Below are positions 61,001-64,000 of a stretch of DNA of 64,000 bases, one piece after another. Below the pieces are notes generated by a model, which was not told the DNA's origin, did no database searches, and saw nothing but the letters and a program-made list of their open reading frames with translations. The stretch lies in NCBI GenBank assembly GCA_002104945.1, contig MCFH01000023.1:186001-250000 (forward strand). Direction: 5' to 3'. The translations under genes and the position numbers were made by a program. This DNA is from Piromyces finnis finn (lineage: Eukaryota; Fungi; Neocallimastigomycota). Within the stretch, counting starts at the first letter, position 1; each line of letters opens with the position of its first letter.

Positions 61001-64000
61001 TACTACTTGTAAAAATTCTTGAATACAAATATTTTCTTCATTAAATGTAGGATGATGTGTTATATTGTTCATCATGAATTCTATTAATTCAATATTTTCT
61101 ATTTTGCTTATAGTAAGAATCATATCTTTATTTATATTTTTATTTTTTAATGTAAATGACGGACAGTTGAATAATTCTTTTAATAAAAACTTTATATTTG
61201 TAATATGGTTCTTTTGATATATTAAGAGAAATATTATTTTTTTTATGTTAAGACTATTAAAATCAAATGATTTATGTTGAATTATCATTTTTATTGTAAA
61301 TTTTATTAACTTTGAAAATATATCCTCATTAAAACCTGGCTGTGTATTTTGTAACTGATTTAATATAAAAAGAATTTCATCAAGATCTATTAATTTAAAA
61401 CCAAATGTTTTATGATTAATAAATTGTTCTATCACCATTTTAATTAATACTATATGCTCTATTCTATTTCCATATTCCATTTGATAACAATAAATTTGAT
61501 TAACTAAAATACTTAAAAGATTTTCAAAAGATATAACATTAAAATCGAATGTTTCATTATTCAAAGCAGTATCAATAAAAAATTTTGTTAAATATATTGC
61601 CTTATTTTTAAATGTAATTTCAATTGAGGTATTTAATGATTCTAATATTTTTTCTAAATCAAAATCTATAAAATTGAAGTTTTTGTGATTTATCCATTTA
61701 TGAATATAGAATTTAAAGAATTTAAATATACTTAAATTATTCAAATCTAAAATGCCCATTTTTTCGTAAAATTTAACATTTTTAATGTTGTATTGTTCTT
61801 TATCAAATACTTTTGTTAATAAAAAAGTTAAAATATTGTAATGATTACATATATATTGATAATTTATTAATATATTTTCAATATCGATATTCTTAAAGTC
61901 AAGAGATTGACTTTTAAATACTTTTTCTATTAAAATATAATCATCGTTTTCAATAGCATGATTTAATATACATTCAATTTCATTTTTATCTAAAACGAAA
62001 TTTAATTCTTTTTTTAGTAGACGATAATGATATAATATTTCCAGAAAACCCGAATCTTTATTTATGATTATATTTTTATACCAATCTTTTCCAATATCAA
62101 TTTTTGATTCTTCATTTACCATAATATTTAATAATTGATTATTTGATAATGGTGTTTTATGTGTTGATAAAGTAAGTAAATTTAATATAAAAGTATTATC
62201 AAAAACATTATATTTAAAAATAGTAAATAATAGATCATATTTTCTGTTTTTAATAAGAATGTCTAGGAATTCCGATGATATAGTTATATTATTCTTTATT
62301 AATAATTTTAAAGCTTTCTTGTTTAATAACCTTTCTTCATAAAGTTTGACAATTATTTCTTTTTCATGAATTTTAAAATTTATATTTGCTCCATTTTTTA
62401 AAAATAGACTAGCTATATTATATCTCTTATTGGCAATGGCACAATATAATGGTGATTTATATTTTCGAGAATCCTTGGAATCCACAACAACATAGTCTAA
62501 AGATAAATAATGACTCATTAAAAATGAAATAGTATTGAAAGAAATATCTTTTTCAATTGTATATATTAATAAATCAAATAGCTTATTATTAAAATATGAT
62601 AAAATAATATTATATTTAATAATATATTTTTTTAATTCTAGAATGTCTTCTGTTTCGATTAATTTTATTATAGTTTTAAATCTACCCTCACTATTATTTA
62701 GATTGTCTATGAAAAAACTGTCTAATGGAATTAAATCCATTTTTTTAATATTTTGTATAAATGATTTCTTTCTTTCATTACAATATATGTATTTATCTTT
62801 ATCTAATAATTGAAAAATATCTTTAAATATTTGTTCTTTATTCCTATTATCATTGATATATAAAAATGTGATTGCTTCGAAATTATTGCTCTCAAGAGCT
62901 TTTTCATACATTAAATCATTAATATTAATTTTTGTTTTTTCTTCATACAGAATTCTATGTAATTGTTTACTTGATAATGTTGTATGATTTTTATATATAG
63001 ATAGTAGTTTCAATATAAACAAATTATTATATATATACTTTTCAAAAATACATTTTAACAAATCCAATTTATTATCAACAATTAATTGATTAATGGTATT
63101 AGGCAAAATTTGAAATTGACAATTTAATATATATTTCAATTTTTTATTATCTAATATTCTATCTTCATAAAGCCATGTTAATATATCTATCTTATTTATA
63201 TTTAAACCAATTTTTATTAAGAAATCAAAAAATTTAAATTTGTTCTTTGATAAAACTAAGTAAAAAAGGGTTGTATCGTCTTTATAATTTTTATCTGAAG
63301 AGAAATCTAAATTTTCATAATGACAAGTTTTATAAATAAAATTTAGCATTTCAATTGAATAACTACTTTTTATTGTAAATTTCAGTATATCATCTTTTTG
63401 GTTAAAATCTTCTCGATAATCAGCGAGTTTAATATTATTTTCTTTTATATATGATTTTAAATGGTAGACATTATTATTTTTAATTAATTGACTTATTTTA
63501 TATTTTATTTCTTGCTTTGTTTTATTACTTTCTAATATATTTATTAATTTTTCTTTTGTTGAAATTTTGAATGGGCTATTTTTTATCTTATTTAAAAAAG
63601 GTCCTTTTAATTTATTATTTTGATTTAATATTGAAATGATATTCTTTGCAATTACATTTGTTTCTCTAGTATCGTACAAATATAATAGCATTATTGTCTC
63701 AATACAATTATTCATTATTGCTACTTCGTACATAGTTTTATTAAATTTTATTTTTTCTTTTTCCTTTTTAGTCATGTCAAATAATTCGGTATAAGATAAT
63801 TTTGTTTTATTCTTTTGAAACGATAGTAATGAAAGAATGAAACTATTATCATAGATATAATTATTAAAAATTTGATTTAAGAATACATGATTATTTATTT
63901 TAATTAATTCCATTAATAATTCTGAATTAATATTAAGACCATTTCTTATTAAATATTGAGTACCTCTTTTTGTTTTCTTTAATATTATATTACCATATGA
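55094..64000 (-). CDS. Giant intronless ankyrin-repeat protein (>2,968 aa; 5'-partial)
   Basis: The frame stays open for 29 more codons upstream of the 63913 ATG to the window edge (SYGNIILKKTKRGTQYLIRNGLNINSELL). Architecture: N-terminal ~275-aa super-repeats, a central FDF-type helical repeat region, and dozens of ankyrin repeats (LI.YLI..GA.IN) from ~60470 to the stop. Confidence 0.9.
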   Translation of the reverse strand, partial: SYGNIILKKTKRGTQYLIRNGLNINSELLMELIKINNHVFLNQIFNNYIYDNSFILSLLSFQKNKTKLSYTELFDMTKKEKEKIKFNKTMYEVAIMNNCIETIMLLYLYDTRETNVIAKNIISILNQNNKLKGPFLNKIKNSPFKISTKEKLINILESNKTKQEIKYKISQLIKNNNVYHLKSYIKENNIKLADYREDFNQKDDILKFTIKSSYSIEMLNFIYKTCHYENLDFSSDKNYKDDTTLFYLVLSKNKFKFFDFLIKIGLNINKIDILTWLYEDRILDNKKLKYILNCQFQILPNTINQLIVDNKLDLLKCIFEKYIYNNLFILKLLSIYKNHTTLSSKQLHRILYEEKTKININDLMYEKALESNNFEAITFLYINDNRNKEQIFKDIFQLLDKDKYIYCNERKKSFIQNIKKMDLIPLDSFFIDNLNNSEGRFKTIIKLIETEDILELKKYIIKYNIILSYFNNKLFDLLIYTIEKDISFNTISFLMSHYLSLDYVVVDSKDSRKYKSPLYCAIANKRYNIASLFLKNGANINFKIHEKEIIVKLYEERLLNKKALKLLIKNNITISSEFLDILIKNRKYDLLFTIFKYNVFDNTFILNLLTLSTHKTPLSNNQLLNIMVNEESKIDIGKDWYKNIIINKDSGFLEILYHYRLLKKELNFVLDKNEIECILNHAIENDDYILIEKVFKSQSLDFKNIDIENILINYQYICNHYNILTFLLTKVFDKEQYNIKNVKFYEKMGILDLNNLSIFKFFKFYIHKWINHKNFNFIDFDLEKILESLNTSIEITFKNKAIYLTKFFIDTALNNETFDFNVISFENLLSILVNQIYCYQMEYGNRIEHIVLIKMVIEQFINHKTFGFKLIDLDEILFILNQLQNTQPGFNEDIFSKLIKFTIKMIIQHKSFDFNSLNIKKIIFLLIYQKNHITNIKFLLKELFNCPSFTLKNKNINKDMILTISKIENIELIEFMMNNITHHPTFNEENICIQEFLQVVIKIKDFQIFKYIIEKYFKQFYPIQLDSNNIEKIFMIIGKINNSIFIDFLINYLFHHEIFDLKKYIDNKSIDINKILKFSIKNNNVHLINYFNEYLLNNNDIKKDLIENLLLFSNKIDNTLVAKSLIEKLFNIEDFESITEINNLELKGLDNAYLILLLNIYIKLCSKKPIQYIIENNQININSRDKNGDYPLITAFYSLNEDNESKIIEIFDYLLDKGANVNIKNINNIPLIILALKNRKYIILQHLFRKSVSININSKNKKSSLLLTAIEQNNIDNVKSLINNENYNIKNENNNVNNDSWLTPLTLSYLLRRQEIFEVLINSSYIHSLDCYGYNILHFALFKEDKELIKNLILRNIEINSIKNNSCFKGHSSIEISIHLKNRELLLLLLKNKNVSINKTYIDKNPLLVAITMMRNYSLKEKLEWMGDLIKNGADVNSYDKNGLSIFMIAFKENALPIIKLLVENGANINNSINKNNKKMSIIRYAIENEDISKIECLIKHNKKDSLLDEDIETIINNDRLDIIQKLIPQYININRKDEYGFSLLCRAVFSDNIRIAKYFIDNGINIHNSINKIIEQIIYKTNLPMLKLLIPDYIDVNSKFNSSNEDYPQSLLKCAIDISNEPLIHYLIRCNADFQDVPNKTSLLDNYFNNNPKSSEIYPFIIKNSSLNEILIEIIEKERMDLLEILIDYGLDINKQYRDGKTLLIYAIEKRYIKLIEYLIENNVNINSLKCNFIKEIIIDKKVDILKFLLSNNIKIQYKYKYLNLIYTISNNIENSVLTILKKLDDISVVNDKIEIKDFIVEKDNVNMLKQIIPKIIDIHVKDINKYTPLVYAVESKNKEIIDYLIKCGASWEELKSIDINIELFKSFIHLQLPNILTIFNNNILKIHQKDENKDSMLIYSIQHGCEKVVKYLIDKGADINEQNGSGDVPLSIAIKKRKVDSFKLLIDNGADKSFTNNSNESLYDINKKYNNTEYQKVYIQINSILNHSIKNDNNYSSIKLAIISNNIIVVKELLEKDPANIESINKNIEIFKILVKKNSIEMIKCLVEHHLNVNAKDSQGFTPLIYAIMEENEMIIKYLITNGSNLTSINHINIESELFKSILKMDKSENLQSFHLLNIIYHNSIKGNQNDNNYDPIICFSIIHGKESLVQYLIDQGADVNSYSRSYKCPLILAIQTAKENIVKCLIRNGAKLNNYKENPPLVEAIKTNNENIIKYLIECGIDINERSHNVGSDTSLTVAIKNNNENLVKYLIEYGVEMNTEINQGESALIYAVRNQNMNIIQYLVESGADVNYKLCFNSPLLESIVSSNENIIKYLIDVGADVNVTNKDGESPLDLAIKNNMEGIINYLIYHKAKIDPNALIEASRTNNLNIVKYLIDNGADIKTSNTPLNLAIQNRNEAMVKYLIYCGADVNKSENLLPLVIAINNNDERFVKLLIQCGADINMDGGGYFVNIPLVCAVKNNNENLSRYLIQCGADINRCRQMYETPLIYAIQNENENLIRFLVDSGANIEKEGINGRPLKKAVQKNNETIVRFLIEHGANIDKSDALICAIDNGNDTIARYLIHQGANININDNNNGTPLCHAVQNGQMKLVKYLIENQADINQVTRDGEKTAISFAAIHGDENIIRYLIDKGSHINGERCRFTPLYYAIQHQNLNSIALLLDCGANINILKGGQTHLLTAIKTKNERMIKYLIDHGANVNQCDINDLTPLSCAIGLTDHYNRYYGFDDRSKDDDESAISFERKKERIVKYLIDHGADVHQDNGAVAPIIKAIDNGNIEIISYLIKHGVDINKKNYKSDDDTSYPLIRAIQGNNEKIVKFLISCGANVNQRMRYDETPLIYTIKNPTNSNKDYYQFSYFNDQEYEEEQQKNIEKKERIVKYLVEHGAEVNSEDYFGQHSLIHCIHAKNDNNIKIIDYLVNNGVDINKVDKQGNNALSLAMKNHHDIFVKYLLDLGATPPINKN

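Noticed and set aside
56751-62813. Short + strand ORFs opposite the giant ankyrin gene (and similar ones opposite other genes)
   Set aside because: Antisense shadows with no independent motifs.

Overview
Extremely AT-rich eukaryotic genomic DNA with short GT-AG introns, long homopolymers and (TAA)n microsatellites. This composition, the expanded intronless ankyrin family and a solute-binding-protein/7TM receptor fusion point to an anaerobic gut fungus (Neocallimastigomycota; inferred, not proven). I can support 15 protein-coding genes, four of them rebuilt by hand from exons the ORF track splits: an LRR receptor-like protein, an SBP-class C GPCR, a DH-PH RhoGEF with a C-terminal membrane anchor, and a Gfd2/YDR514C-like DEDDh nuclease. 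Three intronless genes look bacterial: an acyltransferase-3, a PhlG/phloretin-hydrolase-like protein and a 6TM K+ channel. There are four ankyrin genes (one >2,900 aa, running off the window) plus an ankyrin pseudogene. Also present are four predicted secreted or GPI-anchored proteins, an internal LINE RT fragment embedded in an unidentified decayed coding region, and an apparently very young 476-bp non-coding retroposon with a 68-nt poly(A) tail and a perfect 13-bp TSD. No rRNA, tRNA or CRISPR array could be supported. All family calls rest on motif recognition from memory, not database searches.
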